From positions 17,408 to 81,407 of the forward strand of contig DAIPGN010000007.1 of assembly GCA_036771835.1 (NCBI GenBank): a DNA stretch of 64,000 bases, in the 5' to 3' direction. Below, piece by piece: positions 45,930-55,365 of the stretch (positions are counted from its first letter, which is position 1; each line of letters starts with the position of its first letter). This DNA is from Thermoanaerobacterales bacterium. GTDB taxonomy: Bacteria; Bacillota; Thermoanaerobacteria; Thermoanaerobacterales; UBA4877. The notes beneath the pieces are model-generated. The model was not told where the DNA came from and ran no database searches. It was given only the letters and a program-made list of their open reading frames with translations. Both the position numbers and the translations under genes were made by a program.

Positions 45930-46244
45930 GTGTATGCAGTGATTGAGACCGGAGGCAAGCAATACAGAGTGGCCGAAGGCGACGTTGTGAAGGTGGAAAA
46001 GCTTAATGTAGGCGAGGGCGACGACATCAACTTAGACAGGGTGCTTCTTGTCAAAAAGGACGACGAGAGCGTGACCGTCGGCACACCCGTTGTGGAGGGG
46101 GCCAGCGTGGATGCAAAAGTGCTGTCTCAGGGCAAGGCGCCTAAGGTGATCGTGTATAAATATAAGGCAAAGAAGAATGAACGCAAGAAAAGGGGACATA
46201 GGCAGCCTTATACGGAACTGCAGATAAATAAGATAAACTTTTAG
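45930..46244 (+). CDS. rplU: 50S ribosomal protein L21
   Basis: A GTG start is followed by [13 protein letters not shown]. Confidence 0.95.
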   Translation: MYAVIETGGKQYRVAEGDVVKVEKLNVGEGDDINLDRVLLVKKDDESVTVGTPVVEGASVDAKVLSQGKAPKVIVYKYKAKKNERKKRGHRQPYTELQINKINF

Positions 46245-46246
46245 AT

Positions 46247-46576
46247 ATGATAAATGTGGAAATCCTTAAAAAGGATGAACATATCGAGCGCATAGCCGTT
46301 ACGGGACATGCCTTATATGCGCCCTATGGAGAGGACATAGTCTGCTCCGGGGTGTCGGCTTTGTGCCAGGCGTGTGCGGAGTCCTTGCTCAAGCTTACCA
46401 AGGGGAAATTCGATGTCGGCGTTGACAGCGGAGATTTTTATATAGCCGTGATCGATCATGGCGCAAAAGAGAATGCCGTGAAGGTGAACGTCCTTTTGGA
46501 TGGCCTGGCCATAGGGCTTAACAGTATTGAGGAGAGTTATCCTAATTATGTTAAGGTGAAGGAAAGGAGGATTTAA
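46247..46576 (+). CDS. prp: Ribosomal-processing cysteine protease Prp (YsxB family)
   Basis: It lies between rplU and rpmA. The motif reads [20 protein letters not shown]. Confidence 0.88.
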   Translation: MINVEILKKDEHIERIAVTGHALYAPYGEDIVCSGVSALCQACAESLLKLTKGKFDVGVDSGDFYIAVIDHGAKENAVKVNVLLDGLAIGLNSIEESYPNYVKVKERRI

Positions 46577-46578
46577 GA

Positions 46579-46857
46579 ATGATGGATCTTCAGCTTTTTG
46601 CACATAAAAAAGGTATGGGAAGCACGAGAAACGGCAGGGACAGTGAGTCGAAAAGACTTGGCGTTAAAAGGGCTGACGGACAGTTCGTGCTTGCCGGAAA
46701 TATTCTGGTAAGGCAGAGGGGAACGAGAATTCGCCCGGGCAAAAATGTGGGCATAGGCAGGGACGATACGTTATTTGCTCTGAATGACGGCGTCGTCAGG
46801 TTTGAGACAAAGGGCAATGATAAGAAGTATGTCAATATCGTTCCCGCAGCAAACTAA
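46579..46857 (+). CDS. rpmA: 50S ribosomal protein L27 with N-terminal propeptide
   Basis: [22 protein letters not shown] is present. The LQLFA-type extension is the known Prp cleavage context. Confidence 0.95.
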   Translation: MMDLQLFAHKKGMGSTRNGRDSESKRLGVKRADGQFVLAGNILVRQRGTRIRPGKNVGIGRDDTLFALNDGVVRFETKGNDKKYVNIVPAAN

Positions 46858-46873
46858 TCTACAAGAAATTCTG

Positions 46874-46900
46874 AGGTTCTAGCCATGGCTAGAACCTTTT
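46874..46900 (+). terminator. Hairpin (terminator or attenuator) after rpmA
   Basis: A perfect palindrome aggttctagc-catg-gctagaacct is followed by only a short ttt. Confidence 0.55.
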
Positions 46901-46920
46901 GAGTATGGGGGCGTTTTATA

Positions 46921-47331
46921 ATGTTTACGGAAGATGAAGCTATTGGTATTTTGAGAGATTACAGGCATATATACATGAATGATCTTCAGGTGATACTCGG
47001 TTATATTCAGTTGAACGAACAGGAAAAAGCCGTTCAGTATATCAGGAAGATCAGCCTTGCCATGGATGAGGAATCCAAACTATACCGTGTAAAGGACAAC
47101 TCTATGAAATGTGTCCTGATTAAGGGGTATACTAAGGCAAGGGAGAATTTTATCGAAATGATCATAGAGATCGCCGACGAGGATAACGTTCTGTTCGCAC
47201 AGTCTGACTGTATATATATTGAAAGGGAATTGGACAAGTCTATCAGGCAGGCCGTGTCCGACGGCAGCGGAAGGCTGAATATGAAATTGGGATACGATGG
47301 CGGCGCTTTTTTAGAAAGGTTAAACGGGTGA
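46921..47331 (+). CDS. Spo0B-like protein (SpoOB alpha-helical His-phosphotransfer domain), short form
   Basis: ILRDYRHIYMNDLQVILGYIQLNEQEKAVQYIRKISLAMDEESKL aligns to B. subtilis Spo0B LLGHSRHDWMNKLQLIKGNLSL...AKHESKL, including the phospho-His. It is syntenic (rpmA-spo0B-obg). Confidence 0.65.
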   Translation: MFTEDEAIGILRDYRHIYMNDLQVILGYIQLNEQEKAVQYIRKISLAMDEESKLYRVKDNSMKCVLIKGYTKARENFIEMIIEIADEDNVLFAQSDCIYIERELDKSIRQAVSDGSGRLNMKLGYDGGAFLERLNG

Positions 47332-47335
47332 CGGT

Positions 47336-48610
47336 ATGTTTGTGGATAGGGCCAGGATATATATAAAGGCCGGCGACGGCGGCAACGGGTTTATTTCATT
47401 CCGCAGAGAGAAGTTTGTCGCCTATGGCGGACCCGACGGCGGAGACGGCGGTAAGGGCGGCGATATAATATTTGTGGCCGACCCTAATCTGAAGACGCTG
47501 ATGGATTTCAAATACAGGCAGCACTATAAGTCGGAAAACGGCGGCCACGGAATGGGCGGCAACAAGCACGGAAGGAATGGGAAAGACCTCGTTGTAAAAG
47601 TACCGGTGGGTACTGTCTTGAAAGACCCGGATACGGATGAAATATTATGCGATCTGGCACGGCCGGGCCAAAGAGTGATAGCCGCTCAGGGCGGCAAGGG
47701 CGGCAAGGGCAATGCCAGGTTCAAGTCCTCGGTGATGAAGGCGCCGCGCTTTGCTGAAAGCGGCGACGAGGGAGTGGAGAGGTGGCTGCTTCTAGAGCTC
47801 AAGCTTCTTGCGGATGTCGGTCTCATAGGTTTTCCCAATGCCGGAAAGTCTACGCTGCTGTCCGTATTGACTGCGGCCAGGCCGAAAATAGCGGACTATC
47901 CGTTCACCACGCTGACGCCCAATCTAGGCGTATGTTCATGGCATGATAAGAGCTTTGTCATAGCCGATATTCCCGGCCTCATCGAGGGAGCGCATGAGGG
48001 AGTGGGCCTCGGACATAATTTTCTGAGGCATATAGAGAGGACCAGGCTGCTGCTGCATCTGGTCGATGTTTCCGGGATAGAGGGCAGGGAACCGATGGAT
48101 GACTTTGAAAAGATAAACGATGAACTAAAGTATTATGACGAAAGTCTTGTTCAAAAGCCCCAGCTGGTCGTGGCGACAAAGATGGATGCCGTTGCCGACA
48201 GGGTGGAATATCAGAGGTTTAAGACCGCCGCTGAAGAAAGGGGTTACAAGGTCTACGGCATCTCATCCATGACGTCGGAAGGCATTGACGAGCTGCTGAA
48301 TGATGTGGCCTCATATTTTAACGAAGAAAAGCAGGAGGATATTCCCCAGGAGGAGGGGATCGCCATAATACCGGCGCCTCCAAAGGAGATCGAGGAGCTG
48401 AATATCCAAGTTGAAGGCAATACCTACAGGATATCCGGCGCTATGATAGACAGACTGCTGAAGAGAGTGAATCTGACCGATGAAGATTCCCTCAGATACT
48501 TTCAGAACACGCTGCTAAAATATGGAGTGTTCGACCGGCTCAAAAAGGAAGGGCTGAAAAACGGGGACTTCATAAGCGTGAGGGACTTTGAATTTGAATA
48601 TATGGAGTAG
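47336..48610 (+). CDS. obg: GTPase Obg/CgtA
   Basis: MFVDRARIYIKAGDGGNG, a glycine-rich Obg fold, GFPNAGKST and a C-terminal OCT domain are present. Confidence 0.95.
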   Translation: MFVDRARIYIKAGDGGNGFISFRREKFVAYGGPDGGDGGKGGDIIFVADPNLKTLMDFKYRQHYKSENGGHGMGGNKHGRNGKDLVVKVPVGTVLKDPDTDEILCDLARPGQRVIAAQGGKGGKGNARFKSSVMKAPRFAESGDEGVERWLLLELKLLADVGLIGFPNAGKSTLLSVLTAARPKIADYPFTTLTPNLGVCSWHDKSFVIADIPGLIEGAHEGVGLGHNFLRHIERTRLLLHLVDVSGIEGREPMDDFEKINDELKYYDESLVQKPQLVVATKMDAVADRVEYQRFKTAAEERGYKVYGISSMTSEGIDELLNDVASYFNEEKQEDIPQEEGIAIIPAPPKEIEELNIQVEGNTYRISGAMIDRLLKRVNLTDEDSLRYFQNTLLKYGVFDRLKKEGLKNGDFISVRDFEFEYME

Positions 48611-48618
48611 GTGACGAT

Positions 48619-48906
48619 ATGATAACAAGTAAGCAGAGGGCTATGCTGAGGTCCATGTCCAACGGCATAAAACCGGTGGCGAACATAGGCAAAGACGGTG
48701 TGGATGAAAATGTGCTCGCGTCGATCGACGCGGCGTTGGAAGCCAGGGAGCTCATCAAAGTCAACGTATTGGAAAATGCGCCCGGCACATGTAAGGAAAC
48801 GGCAAGAGAGGTCGCCGCGGCTTTAAAGGCTGAGCCGGTGCAGGCGATAGGAAACAAATTCGTATTATACAGGCGGTCGGTGAATAAACCCGGGATTGTG
48901 CTGTAA
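48619..48906 (+). CDS. yhbY: YhbY-family (CRM domain) RNA-binding protein
   Basis: ITSKQRAMLRSMSNGIKPVANIGKDGV...ALEARELIKV is present. Confidence 0.85.
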   Translation: MITSKQRAMLRSMSNGIKPVANIGKDGVDENVLASIDAALEARELIKVNVLENAPGTCKETAREVAAALKAEPVQAIGNKFVLYRRSVNKPGIVL

Positions 48907-48950
48907 AGGGCGGTAATACCGGGGCCCGGGGTTGTTAAACTATTGTTAAC

Positions 48951-48980
48951 TTGTTAAATGTACTCAATATATAGTATAAT
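48951..48980 (+). promoter_or_regulatory. Candidate promoter upstream of nadD
   Basis: TTGTTA, an 18-nt spacer and TATAAT are present. It overlaps a triple TTGTTAA direct repeat. Confidence 0.45.
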
Positions 48981-49088
48981 AATATAGTTATTTAATAGTA
49001 CTGAATTTACAGGCTGACAGATGCCGCCGTTATATCAGGGCCATTGCAGGGTATCTTGCCCTATCGTGATGGATAAGGAGAGACGGAG

Positions 49089-49727
49089 ATGGATGATAAT
49101 CGTATCAAAATAGGGATAATGGGGGGAACCTTCGATCCGATACATTACGGGCATTTGGTCACCGCAGAGGCGGTCAGATATAAATTCAACCTGTCCAAGG
49201 TCATCTTTGTGCCCTCGGGAAACCCGCCGCATAAAGTGGCCAGAGTAGTGACAAATAAAAAAGACAGATATATCATGACGGTGCTGGCTACCGTAACCAA
49301 TCCAAACTGCGAAGTTTCTACGATCGAGCTCAATAAAGATGGTTATACCTACACGGTGGATACTATGAAAGAGTTCCGAAGTATATATGGAGATGATTAC
49401 GAGTTTTACTTTATTACGGGTGCAGATGCTATCCTGGAGATACTCACATGGAAGGATATCGATACTCTTTTGGGCCTGTGCAATTTTGTGGCTGCAACGC
49501 GGCCGGGTTTTGACAATAAAGACCTCTATGACAAACTGGATGACATAGAGAAAAGATACGGAACGAGGATATTCAGGGTAGAAGTTCCGTCTCTTGCAAT
49601 ATCCTCTACGGATATAAGAAGACGGGTCGCGCAGGGAGAACCTATAAAATATCTTCTCCCCGAGGTGGTAGAAAGGTATATACAGAAAAATCATTTATAT
49701 CGGGAGTGGTCACGTGCTGCCTTATGA
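49089..49727 (+). CDS. nadD: Nicotinate-nucleotide adenylyltransferase
   Basis: [15 protein letters not shown] and ISSTDIRRR are present. Confidence 0.92.
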   Translation: MDDNRIKIGIMGGTFDPIHYGHLVTAEAVRYKFNLSKVIFVPSGNPPHKVARVVTNKKDRYIMTVLATVTNPNCEVSTIELNKDGYTYTVDTMKEFRSIYGDDYEFYFITGADAILEILTWKDIDTLLGLCNFVAATRPGFDNKDLYDKLDDIEKRYGTRIFRVEVPSLAISSTDIRRRVAQGEPIKYLLPEVVERYIQKNHLYREWSRAAL

Positions 49728-50295
49728 AGATATAAAGGAGAAATTGAGGACGATGCTTTCCCCGCATAGGTTTGCCCATTCATTGGGCGTAGAGGATATG
49801 GCGGTAAGGCTGGCCGAGAGATATGGAGCGGACGTCGAAAAGGTCAGGATCGCCGCCTTGGTGCATGACTGCGCCAAGGAAATACCCGAGGAAGAGCTGA
49901 TAGATAGGGCCCATGAATATGGACTGCAATTGGATGAGATAAGCATTGTCGAAAAAGCTCTCATACACGGTCCGCTGGGAGCAAAGATCGCGCAGGCTTA
50001 TTTTGGCATAGATGACGAAGAAATCCTTCATGCCATAGCGCTGCATACTACCGGCGGCAAAGATATGAATTTGATCGACAAGATCATCTATCTGTCGGAT
50101 TTCATAGAGGAAGGCAGAAAGTATGACGGTGTAGCATACCTGAGAGAATTGGCGTTTGAAGATTTGAATACCGCACTTATAAAATCCTTTGATAATACTA
50201 TTCAGTATGTCGTTTCTCTCAATTCTCTGCTGCACCCGAATACTATATTTGCAAGGAACAGCTTGCTGATGGAAACGAGAAAAATGGGGGAATAG
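49714..50295 (+). CDS. yqeK: HD-domain protein YqeK (bis(5'-nucleosyl)-tetraphosphatase type)
   Basis: RFAHSLGV and LVHDCAKE (HD motif) are present. It overlaps the nadD 3' end, in the canonical nadD-yqeK-rsfS neighbourhood. Confidence 0.85.
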   Translation: MLPYEDIKEKLRTMLSPHRFAHSLGVEDMAVRLAERYGADVEKVRIAALVHDCAKEIPEEELIDRAHEYGLQLDEISIVEKALIHGPLGAKIAQAYFGIDDEEILHAIALHTTGGKDMNLIDKIIYLSDFIEEGRKYDGVAYLRELAFEDLNTALIKSFDNTIQYVVSLNSLLHPNTIFARNSLLMETRKMGE

Positions 50296-50299
50296 ATCA

Positions 50300-51529
50300 A
50301 TGAAAAGGGTTCTCAAATACATTCTTATAGTGTTAGTATGCGTTATAATATTGAGCTTTACCGGTGCCTACGTATATTTAAAAAACTTAAATCCCGGATA
50401 TGGGGACAGCGATACATCCGAAAGTGTCAATACGCCGAGGCCGGAAAAGAATAAACCTGTGAATATTTTGATTTTGGGTGTCGACGGGGTCAGCAAAAAT
50501 GATAAGGGGCGATCCGATACCATAATGCTGTTATCCTATAATCCCGAATTGAAGAAGGCTAATTTGATTTCCATACCCAGGGATACCAGAATAAGGCTTG
50601 ATAAGTACGGGTATCAAAAGATAAACGCCGCCTATGCCTATGAGGGTGTCCAGGGCGGTATGGATGCGGTATCGGATCTCCTCGGAATACCGGTGCATTA
50701 CTATGTAAAGATAGATTATGAAGGTTTTATCAAATTGGTGGACGATGTCGGCGGCGTAAAAGTGAATGTGCCGATCGATATGAATTATAATGATAGAGCG
50801 GGCAACCTGCATATAAACCTGAAGAAGGGCGAACAGGTCCTGGACGGTGAGCAGGCCCTCGGTCTGGTGCGTTTCAGAAAGGGATATTTCAATCAGGATT
50901 TGGGAAGAATAGAGACCCAGCAATTGTTCATGGATGCCTTTATCGACAAGGTGACTAGCCCTTCAATTCTTTTAAAAGCCCAAAAAATGATGGGGACCAT
51001 AAGCAACTATGTGGAGACCAATATGAAGCCTATGGAAATATTGGGCTATTTGGATGACGCCAATCAGGCCAGGAAGAATATCAAGATGTATACGCTGCCC
51101 GGCGACGCACAGTATATTGGAAACGTATCATATTATATTGTAAATCAGAACGATGTTAACAAGATCCTCCAGGAAGTAAATACCGAGGGTTCCGTGAGCA
51201 ACAGCAGTTCGTCCACGGAGGCGGAAGAGATCGTTAAAAAGTACGGTCTTGACCCGGAGGACATAAGCGTCGAGGTTTTAAACGGCGGAGCGCCTGCGGG
51301 CTCGGCTACCGAGCTGGGTGATATCCTAAAGGGATATGGTTTTGACGTCAAGCGCATTTCAAATATTTCCGGAACGGAATATCATAATACGCAGGTCATA
51401 AATCGCAATGAAAATATAAAGACGGGCAAGATGATATCCGAAATGATAACGGGTTCGGTTTTGGTCAATGACCCCGACCAGTCGGCCGATGTGGATGTGA
51501 CTTTGATAGTCGGGAAAAATTATAAATAG
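50300..51529 (+). CDS. LytR-CpsA-Psr (LCP) family cell-envelope phosphotransferase with LytR_C domain
   Basis: It has a TM anchor. NILILGVDG...RSDTIMLLSYNP...ISIPRDT...QALGLVRFR is present. Confidence 0.88.
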   Translation: MKRVLKYILIVLVCVIILSFTGAYVYLKNLNPGYGDSDTSESVNTPRPEKNKPVNILILGVDGVSKNDKGRSDTIMLLSYNPELKKANLISIPRDTRIRLDKYGYQKINAAYAYEGVQGGMDAVSDLLGIPVHYYVKIDYEGFIKLVDDVGGVKVNVPIDMNYNDRAGNLHINLKKGEQVLDGEQALGLVRFRKGYFNQDLGRIETQQLFMDAFIDKVTSPSILLKAQKMMGTISNYVETNMKPMEILGYLDDANQARKNIKMYTLPGDAQYIGNVSYYIVNQNDVNKILQEVNTEGSVSNSSSSTEAEEIVKKYGLDPEDISVEVLNGGAPAGSATELGDILKGYGFDVKRISNISGTEYHNTQVINRNENIKTGKMISEMITGSVLVNDPDQSADVDVTLIVGKNYK

Positions 51530-51548
51530 AATTTGGAGGGATGCATTT

Positions 51549-51896
51549 TTGCTTAACGAACCTTTGGAAATAGCCGAGTACATTGCAAGGGTAATGGACG
51601 ACAAGAAGGCTGAGGATATAGAGGTGTTGGAAATCAAAACTCTGACGGTGATCGCCGATTATTTTGTGATATGCACCGGGAAAAGTTCGACCCAGGTTTC
51701 GTCCATATGTGATGAAATTCAGGAAAAGATGGAGGGACAGGGAATAAGGGCCGGGCATATAGAAGGCTTAAGAGGCAACAACTGGATACTGATGGATTAC
51801 GGCAGCGTGGTGGCACACATCTTCAGCCCGGCCGACAGAGATTTTTATAAATTGGATAGGGTATGGGCTGATGCTAAACAGCTCGATTTTAAATAA
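51549..51896 (+). CDS. rsfS: Ribosome silencing factor RsfS
   Basis: DKKAEDIEVLEI...ADYFVICTG.S..Q and W.L.DYG..V.H.F are present. Confidence 0.9.
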   Translation: MLNEPLEIAEYIARVMDDKKAEDIEVLEIKTLTVIADYFVICTGKSSTQVSSICDEIQEKMEGQGIRAGHIEGLRGNNWILMDYGSVVAHIFSPADRDFYKLDRVWADAKQLDFK

Positions 51897-51899
51897 GTC

Positions 51900-51928
51900 T
51901 TGACAGAATTTAATGTATTCTATATAAT
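51900..51928 (+). promoter_or_regulatory. SigmaA-type promoter of the leuS T-box leader
   Basis: TTGACA, a 17-nt spacer and TATAAT are present. Confidence 0.7.
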
Positions 51929-51934
51929 AAATAG

Positions 51935-52145
51935 CAATTAAAAAATAATAGCAAACTATGAGGAATAGTAAAATACCGCCGTTTTTAAGAGAGCCGGTGA
52001 AGTGGTGCAAACCGGCAGGCGGGGTATTTGAACTCACTTCATGTGAAGGTATTGTGAGCTATCGAGAGGGCCTTTTGGCCAATTAGGGTGGTACCGCGGG
52101 TTTAATAGACTCGTCCCTATTTGGGATGGGTCTTTATTTTTATAT
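51935..52145 (+). promoter_or_regulatory. T-box riboswitch, leucine (CUC specifier)
   Basis: Stem I has AGTA and GAA S-turn elements and the distal GGTGCAA loop. The specifier GAA-CUC-A lies at 52033-52035. The T-box sequence AATTAGGGTGGTACCGCGG lies at 52081. The terminator agactcgtccc/gggatgggtct plus a T-run lies at 52107-52145. Confidence 0.88.
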
Positions 52146-52159
52146 TGGAGGGACTTCAT

Positions 52160-54625
52160 ATGGATTATAATTTTAAGGAGATTGAGAGTAAATGGCAGAA
52201 GTACTGGGACGATAAAAATTTTTATAAAGCCGATGAAGCAGGCGATAAGCCTAAATACTACGCTCTGGAGATGTTTCCCTATCCTTCGGGACGGCTGCAC
52301 ATGGGGCACGTGAGGAATTATTCCATCGGAGACGTGATAGCCAGATATAAGAGGATGAGAGGCTACAATGTGCTGCATCCGATGGGATGGGATGCCTTCG
52401 GGCTGCCTGCGGAGAATGCAGCCATAAAGAACGGCATACATCCGAGCACATGGACCTGGAACAACATAGACAATATGAGAGCACAGCTCAAGAGTCTGGG
52501 CATAAGCTATGACTGGGACAGAGAGGTGGCTACCTGCCATCCCGAGTACTATAGATGGACTGAATGGCTGTTTTTACAGCTTTACAAAAAAGGCCTGGCC
52601 TACAGGAAGAAGTCGTCGGTGAACTGGTGTCCTTCATGTAAGACGGTGCTTGCCAATGAGCAGGTGGTGGACGGCAAATGCGAGCGCTGCGGCACCGTAA
52701 TAAGAAAGAAGGAACTGGAACAGTGGTTCTTCAAGATAACCGACTACGCCGACAAGTTATTGGAGGGCCTGGACAGACTGCCGGGCTGGCCGGATAAGGT
52801 CAAGATAATGCAGAGGAACTGGATAGGCAGGAGCGAGGGTGCCGAAATCAATTTCAGGACGGAGACTGGGGAAGAGATAAAGATATTTACCACCAGGCCG
52901 GATACCGTATTCGGAGTATCCTATATAGTGCTTGCCCCCGAACATCCCTTGGTGGCAAAACTGGTAAAGGGCACAGAATATGAAAAAACCGTAAACGATT
53001 ATATATATGAACTTCAGGCAATGAACGAGATAACGCGGACGTCTTCCGAGACGGAAAAGACGGGCATGTTTATAGGCAGCTATGCCGTGAATCCCCTGAA
53101 CGGCGAGAGGATACCCATATGGATCGCCAATTATGTGCTGATGGAGTACGGCACCGGGGCCGTGATGGGAGTACCTGCCCATGATGAGAGGGACTTTGCA
53201 TTTGCCAAAAAGTATGATCTGCCTGTAAAAATAGTCATACGGCCGGAGGGCGAGAATCTCACGCCGGAGACCATGACGAATGCCTATACCGGCGACGGTA
53301 TCATGGTAAATTCCCACGGTTTTGACGGCATGACTTCAGGGGAGATGTTGGGTAAGATCAGCAATCATATAGAAGAGAAGGGATATGGTAAGAAGAAGGT
53401 AAACTATAAGCTCAGGGACTGGCTGATATCCCGTCAGAGATACTGGGGCGCGCCTATACCCATCGTCTACTGCGACCATTGCGGAGCCGTACCCGTGCCG
53501 GAGGAGGATCTGCCCGTACTCCTTCCCGAAAACGTCGCTTTCACCGGAAAGGGTGAATCGCCGTTGTCCGAATGTGAGCCGTTTGTAAACACTACCTGTC
53601 CTAAATGCGGCCGGCCGGCCAGAAGGGAGACGGATACCATGGACACCTTTATGTGTTCTTCATGGTACTTTGAGAGGTATACCGATCCCAGAAATGAGGA
53701 AAGACCCTTTGACTTTGACAGGGCAAAGTACTGGCTGCCGGTGGATCAGTATGTGGGCGGCGTGGAACATGCCATACTTCATCTGATGTATGCGCGGTTC
53801 TTTACAAAGTTTCTCTATGATATCGGCTTGGCGCCTGTCGATGAGCCGTTTACTAATCTGCTGACCCAGGGCATGGTGCTCAAGGATGGGATCAAGATGT
53901 CCAAGTCCAAGGGAAACATAGTGAGTCCCGAAGAGATAGTGGCGAAATATGGCGCCGATACCACAAGACTGTTTGTGCTGTTCGCAGCGCCCCCCGAGAG
54001 GGACCTGGAATGGAACGATCAGGGAGTGGAGGGATGTTATAGGTTTTTAAGCAGGGTATATAAGCAGGTAAGCGATATGAAGGACAGATATATCCAGAGC
54101 GGGTGGGATTTTGACGATCTGGATGACGAGGATAAGAGACTGAGGTTTAAGACGCACAGTACGATAAAGAAGGTAACCTCGGACATGGACGGGAAATTCG
54201 GTTTTAATACGGCGATAAGTGCGATCATGGAGTTATCCAATGCATTGAACGATTACACGGCGTCAAAGCGGGAACATGCAAACAGCGGCGTGGTGAGCGA
54301 GCTCATATGCAATATGCTTATAATGCTGGCCCCGTTTGCACCTCATATGACCGAAGAGCTTTGGCATGACCTGGGCCACAAAGACAGTATACATCGGCAG
54401 GCCTGGCCGGGTTTTGACGAGAGCGCATTGACCCGGGATGAGACGGAGGTAGTGATCCAGGTGAGCGGAAAGGTAAGGGGCAAACTCAACGTGCCTTCCG
54501 GTGCGGATGATGAGACGGTAAAGAAGCTGGCATTGGAGAATGAAAGGATCAGATCATTTATTAATGATAAACCCATAAAGAACGTAATAGTAATACCCGG
54601 AAGGTTGATAAATATCGTAGTATAG
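52160..54625 (+). CDS. leuS: Leucyl-tRNA synthetase
   Basis: [15 protein letters not shown], the HMGH (HIGH) motif and KMSKS are present. The track start 52121 lies inside the T-box terminator and is rejected. Confidence 0.95.
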   Translation: MDYNFKEIESKWQKYWDDKNFYKADEAGDKPKYYALEMFPYPSGRLHMGHVRNYSIGDVIARYKRMRGYNVLHPMGWDAFGLPAENAAIKNGIHPSTWTWNNIDNMRAQLKSLGISYDWDREVATCHPEYYRWTEWLFLQLYKKGLAYRKKSSVNWCPSCKTVLANEQVVDGKCERCGTVIRKKELEQWFFKITDYADKLLEGLDRLPGWPDKVKIMQRNWIGRSEGAEINFRTETGEEIKIFTTRPDTVFGVSYIVLAPEHPLVAKLVKGTEYEKTVNDYIYELQAMNEITRTSSETEKTGMFIGSYAVNPLNGERIPIWIANYVLMEYGTGAVMGVPAHDERDFAFAKKYDLPVKIVIRPEGENLTPETMTNAYTGDGIMVNSHGFDGMTSGEMLGKISNHIEEKGYGKKKVNYKLRDWLISRQRYWGAPIPIVYCDHCGAVPVPEEDLPVLLPENVAFTGKGESPLSECEPFVNTTCPKCGRPARRETDTMDTFMCSSWYFERYTDPRNEERPFDFDRAKYWLPVDQYVGGVEHAILHLMYARFFTKFLYDIGLAPVDEPFTNLLTQGMVLKDGIKMSKSKGNIVSPEEIVAKYGADTTRLFVLFAAPPERDLEWNDQGVEGCYRFLSRVYKQVSDMKDRYIQSGWDFDDLDDEDKRLRFKTHSTIKKVTSDMDGKFGFNTAISAIMELSNALNDYTASKREHANSGVVSELICNMLIMLAPFAPHMTEELWHDLGHKDSIHRQAWPGFDESALTRDETEVVIQVSGKVRGKLNVPSGADDETVKKLALENERIRSFINDKPIKNVIVIPGRLINIVV

Positions 54626-54698
54626 GCTATTGGATCAGTGGGATATATAATTGCATGGATGCATAAAAGTATTTATATTTTAGGGGGATATAAATAAA

Positions 54699-55361
54699 AT
54701 GGGTAATAGTTATAATCCTTTACTCGATAGTTTTGTACCGTTGGTAGAGGCGCTGGGAAAGATGTTTGGCAAGAATTGCGAGGTCGTTCTGCACGATATA
54801 AGCAATCCTCAGAAGTCCATAGTCGCCATAGCCAACGGTCATGTGACCGGACGAACGGTGGGCGGGCCGATGACAGATTATGGCCTGGTAAATTTGAGGG
54901 AAGGCAGGTATGAGGATGAGATCAATTACAGAAGCATGGGAAAAGACGGGAAGATATTAAAATCCAGCACTATTTTCATAAAGGATGAAAACAAGAATGC
55001 CATAGGCTGTATATGCATCAATTATGACATGTCGGAAATGGAGATGCTGAAGAACATGCTGGCCGAAATATGTGGCACCGAATCCGATAATTTTCAGGTC
55101 GTGGATGAAAGTTTCAACGACGACGTAAACAACGTCCTTGCCAATATAGTGAGCAGTACCCTGGATAATTTTGGGAAGCCCGTCAATTATATGGTAAAGG
55201 ATGACAAAGTAAATGTGGTCAGGGTATTGGACTCCAAAGGCGTTTTCCTCATCAAGGGGTCCGTCGACTATGTGGCCAAGGTCCTGTGTGTCTCACGATA
55301 TACGATTTACAACTACCTTGATGAAATAAAGGGTTCATCGGATCAAGCAGGCGGCAAATGA
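54699..55361 (+). CDS. YheO-like PAS + HTH transcriptional regulator
   Basis: LVEALGKMFGKNCEVVLHD (YheO-type PAS_6) and a C-terminal HTH (VAKVLCVSRYTIYNYL) are present. Confidence 0.7.
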   Translation: MGNSYNPLLDSFVPLVEALGKMFGKNCEVVLHDISNPQKSIVAIANGHVTGRTVGGPMTDYGLVNLREGRYEDEINYRSMGKDGKILKSSTIFIKDENKNAIGCICINYDMSEMEMLKNMLAEICGTESDNFQVVDESFNDDVNNVLANIVSSTLDNFGKPVNYMVKDDKVNVVRVLDSKGVFLIKGSVDYVAKVLCVSRYTIYNYLDEIKGSSDQAGGK

Positions 55362-55365
55362 TTTG

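Noticed and set aside
48915-48931. GC-rich ccggggcccgggg after yhbY as a terminator hairpin
   Set aside because: The arms are not complementary in a way that leaves a viable loop, and no T-tract follows.
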